32,000 bases of DNA from NCBI RefSeq assembly GCF_019464535.1, contig NZ_CP080507.1, positions 780,001 to 812,000 of the forward strand, read 5' to 3'. Below the pieces are notes generated by a model. The model did no database searches. It was not told where the DNA came from and worked only from the letters and a program-made list of their open reading frames with translations. Source of the stretch: Horticoccus luteus (GTDB taxonomy: Bacteria > Verrucomicrobiota > Verrucomicrobiia > Opitutales > Opitutaceae). Position 1 is the first letter of the stretch, and each line of letters begins with the position of its first letter. The position numbers were made by a program, and so were the translations under genes. Shown here piece after piece: positions 1-7,932 of this stretch.

Positions 1-369
1 AAACGCGGAGCCGGCGGAGGCGCAGTAGAGGCCGGTGGCGCCGTCGGTGAGCGCGTCGGCGGCGAGTTGCGCGTCGGTGAGGGCTTGTTCGACGGCGCAA
101 AACGCGTAGAGGCCGTGGGGCGCGAGGCTGCGGAGCGTTTCGCGCGGGACGTTGTAACAGGGCGGAAACGTCCAATCGCGCCAGCTCGGCGAGGCGACGT
201 CGAAGGCTTTGATGGTGCCGGCGACTTTGACGGGCAGCGCGGGGTTGCCGAGAAACTCGACGGGGGCGAGGCCGGGCGTGAGCGTGCGCAGGCTGCGGGT
301 GACGGCAGCGCGGTCGTTGCCGATGCTCGTGATGAAGCCGAGGCCGGTGATGACCGCGCGGCGACTCAT
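1..369 (-). CDS. beta-ketoacyl-ACP synthase (KAS I/II, FabB/FabF-like), N-terminal part, truncated by the window edge
   Basis: My reverse-strand translation from the ATG at 369-367 reads MSRRAVITGLGFITSIGNDRAAVTRSLRTLTPGLAPVEFLGNPALPVKVAGTIKAFDV...GLYCASAGSAF. This is a typical condensing-enzyme N-terminus. It is absent from the ORF track because no stop lies in the window. Its ATG overlaps the ACP stop (ATGA at 366-369). Confidence 0.75.
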   Translation of the reverse strand, partial: MSRRAVITGLGFITSIGNDRAAVTRSLRTLTPGLAPVEFLGNPALPVKVAGTIKAFDVASPSWRDWTFPPCYNVPRETLRSLAPHGLYAFCAVEQALTDAQLAADALTDGATGLYCASAGSAF

Positions 370-752
370 GCCACAGGCGGACGGTGGGCGGGGAGCTTGC
401 GACGGACGAAGGCGCGCAGTTCGCCCACGGTGCGGATGCTCAGGATTTCCTCGTTGCTGATGCTGACCTGAAACAGGTCCTCGATGAAGAAAACCATTTC
501 CGTGATCGCGACGGAGTCGAAGCCGAGGTCGGCGATGAGCGCCTGTTGATCTTCGAGCGGAGCGGCGACGGCGGGCTTCTGGGGTTGGTGGTCGCGCACG
601 ATGGCGAGCAGGACGGTGTCGGCCGCGGCGGGATTACCCGTTTCACGGAGGCAGGCAAAGGCCTCGCGAACCTCGGGCGAGAAATGCCGGAGCAGCGGGA
701 CGTCGCCCGCGGGCGAAAGCGCGGTGTCGGAGTTGGAAGTGGAGGAGTCCAT
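366..752 (-). CDS. acyl carrier protein (long form, about 128 aa)
   Basis: The ORF-track protein contains LIADLGFDSVAITEMVFFIEDLF, an ACP phosphopantetheine-attachment (D-S-x) motif followed by helix II. It carries roughly 45 extra N-terminal residues compared with an 80-aa ACP. Its stop overlaps the KAS start, and its start lies 9 nt after the upstream halogenase stop. Confidence 0.8.
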   Translation of the reverse strand: MDSSTSNSDTALSPAGDVPLLRHFSPEVREAFACLRETGNPAAADTVLLAIVRDHQPQKPAVAAPLEDQQALIADLGFDSVAITEMVFFIEDLFQVSISNEEILSIRTVGELRAFVRRKLPAHRPPVA

Positions 753-761
753 GCGCGAAAA

Positions 762-2318
762 TCAGGGATGCGCCGGCGCGGCGGCCAAGGGGGCCGCCGG
801 GGCGGGCTGGGGTGAGGAAAACCATGTGCGCCAGCCTTCGGCGAGCTCGAGTCGCAGCCAGAGAAACAGCAGGCCGAGCACGCGGACGGGCAGGCGGCCG
901 TTGAACTCGTAGCTGGTGAAGGCGAAGTAGCGGCGGTCGTTGCGGCGGCCCCAGACGCCGCGGCGGCGGCGGGACTGCGCGATCGCAGCGAAGCGGCGGT
1001 TGTAGAGCGCCATCAGGCGGAAGGGCCACTTCGAGCGCGGGTGCGCGAAGGGAGGCGTATCGAGGATGCGATGACCGTGCTTGAACGGCTGGGCGACGAT
1101 GCCGAGGTAGTAGAGCCCGAGGTCGAGCCGGAACGCCAAGGTCATGAGCTCGAAGTCGCCGACGTAGTAATATTTGTCGCGGTAGAGGGCGTTAAACCAG
1201 CGGTCGCAGCTCTGGCGGAAATCGGCGTTGTGTTTCGCGACGAGCGGGGCGACCGGGCGGCCGCGCAGGCCGGCGTCGATCAACGAGACGGCGGCGCTGA
1301 CGGAAAACGTGATCCAGTCCATGCCGGGCGAATAGAGCGGATCGATGAATGCGGCGGCGTCGCCCACGAGCACGGCGCCGTCGGTGGCGAACGTGGTGGC
1401 GGAGTAGGCGAGATTGCGGCGGAAGTGGGTGTCGCCCTCGTGCGGAGTCGCGTGGGCCAAGAGTTCGCGCGCGGCGGGATGCACGCTGAGCATGGCGCGC
1501 AGGCGTTCGGCGAGGTTGGGGCCGGGCGGAAGTTCGGCGAGGCGTTGGTCGTAAACGACGCCGATGCTGACATCGCCGCCTTTGAGCGGAATGAACCACG
1601 CCCACCAACCGTAGCCGGTGAGATGATTGGTGGCGGTGGAGCGGACGCCTTTGACGCGTTGCGACCACGAGGGATATTTGGCGGCGAAGGCGGGGTCGTC
1701 GAAGAGATGCACGCCGGACCAGCGGCCCCAGCACGTGGCGGTGAGGTGTTCGTGATTGGGGCGGAGCCAGTCTTCCTGGCGGGCGAGGAGCGCGGCGACC
1801 CCGGAGGCATCGACGACCCAGCGGGCGGAGGTGGTTTGGGCGGCGCCGGTGGCATCATCCCACTCGACGGATTGAGCGGCGCCGGGGGCGAGGTGGATTT
1901 TCTTCACGCGCACGCCGCGGTGGAGTTTGGCGCCGTCGGTCACGGCGTTGGCGAGCACGTGTTCATCGAGGACGGCGCGGTCGACCTGGTAACCGGGGAG
2001 GCGGACGTTGTAGCCGGGGCCGGTTTCGCTGCACTGGTCGAGGGCGCGGGCATGGTCGTTGGCGAACCAGAAACGCATGCCCTGTTTCGGCAGGTGATGC
2101 TCGAGGAGGTGGCTGGTGAGGCCGAGGACGCGGCCGAGGAAATAGGCGCTGATCTCGACGGTGGATTCGCCGACGCGGCGTTTGAACTGCCCCGAGCGTT
2201 CGAGAATCAAAAGACGGATGCCGGGATGGCGGCGCAACAACAAGCAGGCCGTGGCGGAGCCGGACAAGGCGCCACCGACAATGATCACATCGCAGTCCGT
2301 TGTGGAGGCATCAGCCAT
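762..2318 (-). CDS. flavin-dependent halogenase-like FAD oxidoreductase
   Basis: I trimmed the start to the ATG at 2318 (MADASTTDCDVIIVGGALSGSATA), which places the GxGxxG dinucleotide fold at the N-terminus. It contains a WxWxIP-type motif (GYGWWAWFIPLKGG), a GES motif (RRVGESTVE) and a Lys near residue 78 (HLPKQGMRF). The C-terminus is hydrophobic (LPVRVLGLLFLWLRL). The 114 codons upstream in the ORF track are Pro/Arg/Ser-rich and look noncoding. Confidence 0.75.
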   Translation of the reverse strand: MADASTTDCDVIIVGGALSGSATACLLLRRHPGIRLLILERSGQFKRRVGESTVEISAYFLGRVLGLTSHLLEHHLPKQGMRFWFANDHARALDQCSETGPGYNVRLPGYQVDRAVLDEHVLANAVTDGAKLHRGVRVKKIHLAPGAAQSVEWDDATGAAQTTSARWVVDASGVAALLARQEDWLRPNHEHLTATCWGRWSGVHLFDDPAFAAKYPSWSQRVKGVRSTATNHLTGYGWWAWFIPLKGGDVSIGVVYDQRLAELPPGPNLAERLRAMLSVHPAARELLAHATPHEGDTHFRRNLAYSATTFATDGAVLVGDAAAFIDPLYSPGMDWITFSVSAAVSLIDAGLRGRPVAPLVAKHNADFRQSCDRWFNALYRDKYYYVGDFELMTLAFRLDLGLYYLGIVAQPFKHGHRILDTPPFAHPRSKWPFRLMALYNRRFAAIAQSRRRRGVWGRRNDRRYFAFTSYEFNGRLPVRVLGLLFLWLRLELAEGWRTWFSSPQPAPAAPLAAAPAHP

Positions 2319-2566
2319 TACGAGGCGGCCAATGAAAGTTCGCGGGCGGGGGCTCGCAACCGCAAAGATTCCCGCAAAACGCCGTGGCTGCGGCGCGCAG
2401 GCGCGGGCGGCTGATGGCCGAGAGAACGGACCTCGCGCGCCACGTCCGAGCGGCGGCGACCGCCAAGGGAGGGATGGGCAGGGGCAAGCGGGCGTGCAGA
2501 AGGGACTTTCAGGAGGGCGACCAAGTGCGGAAACGGCGTCGGGGCAAAGAACAACGCGAGATGAAT

Positions 2567-3835
2567 CTACGCGGCGGGCGGGGCGAGATTGAGCGCCTTG
2601 ATGGGAAAACCGAAGCGGCGCTGGACCCAGCAGATCGCGAGAAAAACGTGGAAGCGCCACCAGAGCGGCCAGATGAGTTTCGCGTGGCCGGCGACGATGG
2701 AGGTGAGGCCGGGACTGAGATTCCAGGGGACCTGCGTCTCCATGAAAACGGCGAAGCTGGCGTTATCGTAGAACGCTTGGATGAGGCGCTCGAACGGGCG
2801 GACGTGGTGCTTCACGGCGCGGGTGTAGCGGCGGCGTTCGCGGAGGGAGAGCGGGCGGTTTTGCCGATCGGCGCGCGCGGCGAGGGCGACGGCGGTCTGC
2901 GCGGACCAGAGGGAAACGTAAACGCCGGAGGAGAAAATCGGGTCGGAGAAACCGGCGGCGTCGCCGATGAGGAGGGAGCGTTCGCCGGCGAGATCGCGGC
3001 GGAAATAGCTGTAATCGCTGGTGACGTGATAGGGCGTCGTGGCGACGGAGCCGGCGAGGAGTTCGCGGAGTTTGGGCGCTGCGTCGACGGTGGCGGCGAA
3101 GAGGGCGGCGGGGGCGAGGCCGCTGCGGCGCATGGTCTCGGTCGTGGTGACGAGGCCGACGGAGGTGATTTCGGCGTCGATCGGGATGACCCAGAACCAG
3201 CCGTCGACCAGGCGCACGACGATGGTGTGGCCGGCGGGGCGGCCGGGGGCGCGGGCGACGCCCCTGAAGTGGCTGTAAATGGCGAGGCGTTTCGGTTGAT
3301 GCGGCGGATCGAGGCGGCGTTTTTGCGCGGTGAGGAGCACGTTATCGCGGCCGGTGGCATCGAAGAGCCAGCGGGTGGAGACGAACGTGGTGGCGCCGGC
3401 GTGTTCGAGCGCGACGCGGTGTCCGCCGTCGATCGGTTCGACGGCGCGGGCGGTGGTTTGGAAGCGGACTTCGGCGCCGAGGGAGGCGGCGTGATCGAGG
3501 AGGAGGGTGTCGAATTTCGCGCGATCGACCTGATAGGTGTAATCGAGGCCGCGCACGAAGCCGGTGCTGAAATCGACGGTTTTGGTGGCGGCACCGTCGG
3601 CGGTGTGGAAGAGCGCGCCGTATTTCGGAATGAACCCGGCGGCTTCGACCCGCGGCCAGACGCCGATGTCGCGGAGGATGGCGTTGGCCATCGGCAGGAG
3701 TGATTCGCCGATGCGGAAGCGGGGAAACGTTTCTTTCTCAACCACCAAGGTGCGCCAGCCGTGACGTCGCGCGCAGGCCGCAGCGCAACTGCCGCCGGGA
3801 CCGCCGCCGATCACGAGGGCATCGTAATCAAACAT
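2567..3835 (-). CDS. flavin-dependent halogenase-like FAD oxidoreductase (PltA/CmlS/CndH-like subgroup)
   Basis: MFDYDALVIGGGPGGS (GxGxxG), FPRFRIGESLLP, Lys71 in FIPKYGALF, WxWxIP motif (DGWFWVIPID), GDAAGFSDPIFSSGV, and a hydrophobic C-terminus (IWPLWWRFHVFLAICWV). Confidence 0.8.
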   Translation of the reverse strand: MFDYDALVIGGGPGGSCAAACARRHGWRTLVVEKETFPRFRIGESLLPMANAILRDIGVWPRVEAAGFIPKYGALFHTADGAATKTVDFSTGFVRGLDYTYQVDRAKFDTLLLDHAASLGAEVRFQTTARAVEPIDGGHRVALEHAGATTFVSTRWLFDATGRDNVLLTAQKRRLDPPHQPKRLAIYSHFRGVARAPGRPAGHTIVVRLVDGWFWVIPIDAEITSVGLVTTTETMRRSGLAPAALFAATVDAAPKLRELLAGSVATTPYHVTSDYSYFRRDLAGERSLLIGDAAGFSDPIFSSGVYVSLWSAQTAVALAARADRQNRPLSLRERRRYTRAVKHHVRPFERLIQAFYDNASFAVFMETQVPWNLSPGLTSIVAGHAKLIWPLWWRFHVFLAICWVQRRFGFPIKALNLAPPAA

Positions 3836-3980
3836 GGGTCGGGAAAACGCGCGGAGTGGGAGCGGCCGCGGTCGTTGAAGGCGGCGAGAGAGGTGAAGGC
3901 GAACGGGAAGGGAAAGGCATCGGCGAGGGGGGTGCGATGTTGGCTAGCATTCGGGGCGGTTTTGCCGAAGCTTAATTTGC

Positions 3981-4850
3981 ATGCGCTGCTGGTTTCTCCG
4001 CCGCCTCCGCGGGTTGATGTTGCTGACGACGGTGGTCGGGGCGACAGCGGTGTGCCGGGCGGTCGCGCCCTCGTTCGCGGGCAATCTTAGTGGTGAACTG
4101 GCGTTGCCGGCGTGGCAGGGGGCGCCGCCGTTGACGTGGAAAATCGAATTCACGGAGGGGAAGCTTACCGTGGCGGTGCAGGGCGAGGGGACGGATTTGC
4201 ACGCAACGTTAACGCCGGGACGAGGCGACGATCCGATGAGCTGGGACCTCGCGCCGGGAAAAATGGCGGTGCCGCAGTGGACGCAGGGAAAGTTGTCGCG
4301 CGGGCACGCGACCGTGAGTGGGAAGGGCACGTGGAGCGGGGGGCGCGTGCGCGGGGTGTTGCGCTTTGAGTTGCGCGATCTGGCGTTGGGCGAGCTGGTG
4401 CGACTGGGCGATCCGGAGAGGAAACGCGTGCGTTCGGCGGAGGGGCGGGTGGAGGGGGAGATCACGTTGCGACTCAATGGGGACGGCACGATGAATCTCG
4501 CGGACAGCGATCTGCATCTCGCGCCGGGGACGAAGGCGCTGGTGGCGTTGGTGCCGACGCCGGGGTTGCTGACCGATATCGTGCCGGCGGCGGCGCGGAA
4601 GAATTATCCGGGACTGGGGGCGATGGAGCGCGGGGAGACGCCGCTGGAGGCGACGGTGTTGAGTTTGGTTTATTTCGCCGGTGGCGATGCGCAGGGGCGC
4701 GCGGCGAAGGTGCGGTTGGAAGGACATCCGCAGGATCCGGGGCAGATCGCGCCGCTGGAACTGGAGATCAACCTGACGGGGCCGGTGGAGCGGTTGGTGC
4801 GCGAGATGTCGGATTCGCGGCTGCATTTTCAGGCCGGTGGCGGGCGGTGA
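3981..4850 (+). CDS. membrane-anchored YdbH-like (AsmA-like family) protein, short form
   Basis: ATG at 3981. N-terminal hydrophobic anchor or signal (LRGLMLLTTVVGATAVCRAV), followed by beta-rich repetitive sequence. The assignment rests mainly on its position directly upstream of ynbE-like and ydbL-like genes, which matches the conserved ydbH-ynbE-ydbL order. Confidence 0.45.
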   Translation: MRCWFLRRLRGLMLLTTVVGATAVCRAVAPSFAGNLSGELALPAWQGAPPLTWKIEFTEGKLTVAVQGEGTDLHATLTPGRGDDPMSWDLAPGKMAVPQWTQGKLSRGHATVSGKGTWSGGRVRGVLRFELRDLALGELVRLGDPERKRVRSAEGRVEGEITLRLNGDGTMNLADSDLHLAPGTKALVALVPTPGLLTDIVPAAARKNYPGLGAMERGETPLEATVLSLVYFAGGDAQGRAAKVRLEGHPQDPGQIAPLELEINLTGPVERLVREMSDSRLHFQAGGGR

Positions 4851-4898
4851 GAAACATAAGTTGTGCTCCGCGTTCCAATCGATCACCCTCGCTTCCGC

Positions 4899-5096
4899 AT
4901 GAAACGCTTCCTTTTGCTGTCGTGCATTGCGGCTGGCCTGCTGGCGGGCGCCGGCTGTGTGCAAGTCGCCGTGAAGCCGATCCATATCACCGTCGATGTT
5001 AACGTGAAGGTGGACAAGGCGCTCGACGATTTCTTCGGCGAGTTGGACAGCAAGTCGGCCACCATCGAGCGTTCGTCCCACACTTCCCAGCCATGA
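4899..5096 (+). CDS. ynbE: YnbE-like small lipoprotein
   Basis: I trimmed the start to the ATG at 4899 (MKRFLLLSCIAAGLLAGAGCVQVAVKPIHITVDVNVKVDKALDDFF). It has a signal peptide with a lipobox-like AGC and a short beta-rich mature part resembling YnbE. Its stop overlaps the next start (ATGA at 5093-5096). Confidence 0.65.
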   Translation: MKRFLLLSCIAAGLLAGAGCVQVAVKPIHITVDVNVKVDKALDDFFGELDSKSATIERSSHTSQP

Positions 5097-5473
5097 AACT
5101 CTCATTTCTACGCCTTGGACTTTTTGCACTGGTGTTGAGCGGCACGACCGCGGTCGTGCTGCCCGCGCAAGACATGTCAGGGTTGCGCGCCCGCATGGAG
5201 GAACGCCTGCCGAAGATCGATGAAATGAAAGCGGATGGCGTGGTCGGCGAGGACAACCGCGGTTTTCTCGATGCGCGGACGACGTTATCGACGGGCCAGA
5301 ACCGAGCGATGGTGGACGAGAATCACGATCGCAGCACGGTTTACGGGATCATTGCGCGCAACTCCGGCACGTCGGCGGCGGACGTGGGGGCGGCGCGAGC
5401 GAAGAAGATCGCCGAGACGAGCAAACCGGGCGTGTGGCTGCAGAAAGAAAACGGCGAGTGGTATCGGAAGTAG
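5093..5473 (+). CDS. ydbL: YdbL-like periplasmic protein (DUF1318)
   Basis: Signal peptide, then GVVGEDNRGFLD...NHDRSTVYGIIARNSGTSAADVGAARAKKIAETSKPGVWLQKENGEWYRK. This matches the YdbL/DUF1318 pattern (G-E-x-x-x-G-[YF]-L ... PG-x-[YW]-x-Q...G-x-W-x-K). Confidence 0.72.
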   Translation: MKLSFLRLGLFALVLSGTTAVVLPAQDMSGLRARMEERLPKIDEMKADGVVGEDNRGFLDARTTLSTGQNRAMVDENHDRSTVYGIIARNSGTSAADVGAARAKKIAETSKPGVWLQKENGEWYRK

Positions 5474-5601
5474 GCGGCGGGGCCACAGAGGCAGCAGGAG
5501 GGCGCGAGGTGGGCGGGGGCGTTGACCCGGATTGAAGATGATCAGTGGGGCTCGGAACCGAGATATTTCTCGGTGTGAAATTTGCCTCCGGTCTTTGGGT
5601 G

Positions 5602-5623
5602 CGCTCCGCGGCTCGGCGGAGCG
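5602..5623. terminator. GC hairpin between convergent ydbL-like and SRAP genes
   Basis: cgctccgc-ggctcg-gcggagcg forms an 8-bp perfect stem with a 6-nt loop. A second, weaker hairpin lies at 5557-5574 (accgaga-tatt-tctcggt). Neither has a clear U-tract. Confidence 0.25.
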
Positions 5624-5637
5624 AGAAATATGCAGGC

Positions 5638-6354
5638 CTAGAAAAGTTCAGGCTGCGTTTGCTTTGGCGGGGGCGGGGCGACGGGGGTGAGGATTTCGGG
5701 GACGTCGTTGCGCGGGGAATTCACAAGGCTCGAAATCGGCGTCGCTTCCATGTCTTCGGCAGGATGCGGAGCGGTCAAACCGGCCACCGCTTCAGGCGTG
5801 AGTTCGCCGGGGCGCAGCCAGGCGCGGGCTTCCTCGTCGTCGAGAATCGCGGGCATGCGGTCGTGAATGCGTTGCATCACGGCATTGGGGCCGGTGGTTA
5901 GAATCGCGAAGGTCGCGGGGCGGGTCTCCGTGGCTTTTTCGTAAACGCCGGCCATCACGAAGGGACGGTTGCCGCGGAGGTGAATGTCGAAGGGGAACTT
6001 CGTTTTCTCGTCGTAGCGCAGCCACTCGTAAAAACCGTCGGCGGGCACGAGGCAGCGGCGTTGCTGCACGGCGCGGCGGAAGAGGGCGTTGGTGACGATG
6101 CCTTCCGATTTGGCGTTGATCGGGGCGAGTTTCGGGCGGTCGGATTTGTCCCAAAACGGGACGAAGCCCCAGCGCATGAAAGAGGGGACGATCACATCGC
6201 CTTCTTCGTCCATGGTGAGCACGGGGAGATCGTAGCTGGGCGCGATGTTGTAGTGCGGAAATGTTTGGTCGGGGACCCAGTCGGGGATGTGAAAGGTGTC
6301 GCGCAAGTGGCGCGTGAGCACGTCGGTGTCTTTGATTCGATAGCGTCCGCACAT
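5638..6354 (-). CDS. SOS response-associated peptidase (SRAP/YedK family, abasic-site DNA-protein crosslink)
   Basis: I trimmed the start to the ATG at 6354, which gives MCGRY with the catalytic Cys2. Also present: NIAPSYDLPVL, PADGFYEW and IHDRMPAIL, the hallmark SRAP motifs. Confidence 0.88.
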   Translation of the reverse strand: MCGRYRIKDTDVLTRHLRDTFHIPDWVPDQTFPHYNIAPSYDLPVLTMDEEGDVIVPSFMRWGFVPFWDKSDRPKLAPINAKSEGIVTNALFRRAVQQRRCLVPADGFYEWLRYDEKTKFPFDIHLRGNRPFVMAGVYEKATETRPATFAILTTGPNAVMQRIHDRMPAILDDEEARAWLRPGELTPEAVAGLTAPHPAEDMEATPISSLVNSPRNDVPEILTPVAPPPPKQTQPELF

Positions 6355-6494
6355 GGGTGTGAAATTAACCAAAGGCCGGGCGCGGGCAAATCGTGGCGTG
6401 AGTGCGGACGGCGTGGCGTGCGCGAGGCGGCGGGAGCCGGCGTGCGTTGCGCGATGCGGCGTGCGTTAGCGCGAGGCGAAGGGGAGTCGTGACC

Positions 6495-6519
6495 TCCGGC
6501 CGCGCGGGTCGCGCGGCCG
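6495..6519 (-). terminator. strong GC hairpin immediately 3' of the nupC-like gene
   Basis: ccggccgcgcg-ggt-cgcgcggccgg forms an 11-bp perfect stem with a 3-nt loop. It starts 2 nt past the stop codon (6522-6524 on the minus strand). No U-tract follows. Confidence 0.35.
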
Positions 6520-6521
6520 GA

Positions 6522-7859
6522 TCACATGGGCACGAGGATGCCGGCGACGCAGGCGGAGAGGTAGCAGGCGATCGTGCCGCCGCAGACGGCGCGCACGCCG
6601 AGCGAGGCGAGGTTGGCGCGTTGCGTGGGCGCGAGGGAGCCGATGCCGCCGATCTGGATGCCGATCGAAACGATGTTGGCGAATCCGCACATCGCGTAAG
6701 TGAGAATGACGATCGTGCGCTGGTCGGTGAGGGTGCCGTCGGCCTTCATCTGGCCGAGTTGGAAGAAGGAGATGAATTCGTTGAGGACGGTGCGGGTGCC
6801 GAGGAGCTGGCCGGCCTGCAGGAGGTGACCCCAGTCGATGCCGATCAGCCAGGCGAAGGGCGCGTAGATGATACCGAGAACGAATTCGAGGGAGAAGGAC
6901 TTGAAGGTGCCGTTGGTCACGTGGTCGATCCAGGCGTTGAAGCCCGGATAGGTGAACACCGAGTGTCCGCCGAACGTGAGCGTGTGGGTTGCGCCGACCC
7001 AGCCGAAGATCGCGTTGAAGAGGGCGATGAGGGCGGTGAACGTGATGAGCATCGCGCCGACGTTGACGGCGAGGCGGAGGCCGTCGGTGGTGCCGAGGCA
7101 GATGGCGTCGACGAGGTTGGTGCCGATCTGCTCCTTGGAGACTTCGAGGTGGGTGTTCACCGGCTCGGTCTGCGGGAGGATGATCTTTGAAATCATCAGG
7201 CCGGCGGGAGCGTTGATGACGGAGGCGGTGATGAGGTGAGTGGCGAAGAGGACGCGTTGGTGCGGGTCGTCGCCGCCGAGGATGGCGATGTAGGCGATCA
7301 TGACGGCGCCGGCGATCGTGGCCATGCCGCCGATCATGATGGTGAGGATTTCCGAGCGCGTCATCGTGGCCAGGTAGGGCTTGATGAGGAACGGCGCCTC
7401 GGTCTGGCCCAGAAAGATGTTGGCGGAGGCGCTGAGGGTTTCGGCGCCGGAGAGCGGCATCGCTTTTGAGATGACCCAGGCGAAGACGAAGACGATTTTT
7501 TGGAGGATGCCCAGGTAGTAGAGCATCGAGGTGAACGCGGAGAAAAAGATGATCGCGGGGAGGATGCCGATGGCGAAGATAAGCCCGTGCTTGGAAGTGT
7601 CGGCGAGGGAGCCGAAGACAAACTTCACGCCCTCGTTGGTGAAGCCCATCAAGCTGACAAAACAGGTGCCGACCCACTCGACGACGCTGCGGATCGGCGC
7701 GACGTAGAGCACGAGCACGGCGAAGAGAAATTGCAGGACCACGCCGGCGATCACGATGCGCCAGGGGATGCGGCGGCGGTTATAACTCAGGGCAATCGCG
7801 ATACCGATGAGCACGGCGTATCCAAACAGGCCGCGCCCAATATGGGTGAATGTTTCCAT
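6522..7859 (-). CDS. NupC/NupG-family concentrative nucleoside transporter
   Basis: I trimmed the start to the ATG at 7859 (METFTHIGRGLFGY...). Multi-pass membrane protein with GAETLSASANIFLGQTEAPFLIKPYL and MCGFANIVSIGIQIGGIG, which are characteristic CNT/NupC motifs. Confidence 0.85.
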   Translation of the reverse strand: METFTHIGRGLFGYAVLIGIAIALSYNRRRIPWRIVIAGVVLQFLFAVLVLYVAPIRSVVEWVGTCFVSLMGFTNEGVKFVFGSLADTSKHGLIFAIGILPAIIFFSAFTSMLYYLGILQKIVFVFAWVISKAMPLSGAETLSASANIFLGQTEAPFLIKPYLATMTRSEILTIMIGGMATIAGAVMIAYIAILGGDDPHQRVLFATHLITASVINAPAGLMISKIILPQTEPVNTHLEVSKEQIGTNLVDAICLGTTDGLRLAVNVGAMLITFTALIALFNAIFGWVGATHTLTFGGHSVFTYPGFNAWIDHVTNGTFKSFSLEFVLGIIYAPFAWLIGIDWGHLLQAGQLLGTRTVLNEFISFFQLGQMKADGTLTDQRTIVILTYAMCGFANIVSIGIQIGGIGSLAPTQRANLASLGVRAVCGGTIACYLSACVAGILVPM

Positions 7860-7932
7860 GGAGGGCTGGAGGGGAAAAGCGAGACGGCCGAGCTTGCGGA
7901 GGCGGACGGCGGCGGCGAGAACCAAGTTTGCC

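Noticed and set aside
762-2660. Upstream extensions of ORF-track entries (762-2660, 8519-9463, 8958-10274, 13624-15897, 18348-19730, 24022-25212, 16548-17300, 17198-18373)
   Set aside because: The extensions precede the conserved N-terminal motifs (GxGxxG, the DHFR start, MLIGVPKE, signal peptide, and so on) and are compositionally noncoding. I chose internal starts instead.
1041-3703. Long plus-strand ORFs (1041-2414, 2384-3703) opposite the halogenase genes
   Set aside because: Their translations are Gly/Ala/Arg/Glu-rich low-complexity sequence without motifs. These are typical shadow ORFs of a GC-rich genome lying antisense to well-supported genes.
5505-5525. gtgggcggggg segment resembling the reverse complement of the REP-like element
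   Set aside because: The match is only about 10 nt with no hairpin partner, so it is probably chance in GC-rich DNA.
6402-7677. ORFs 6402-7190 (+), 6466-7677 (-) and 7500-8387 (+) overlapping the NupC-family gene
   Set aside because: They have Arg/His/Pro/Asp-rich composition and no recognisable domains. The membrane-transporter frame explains the region fully.
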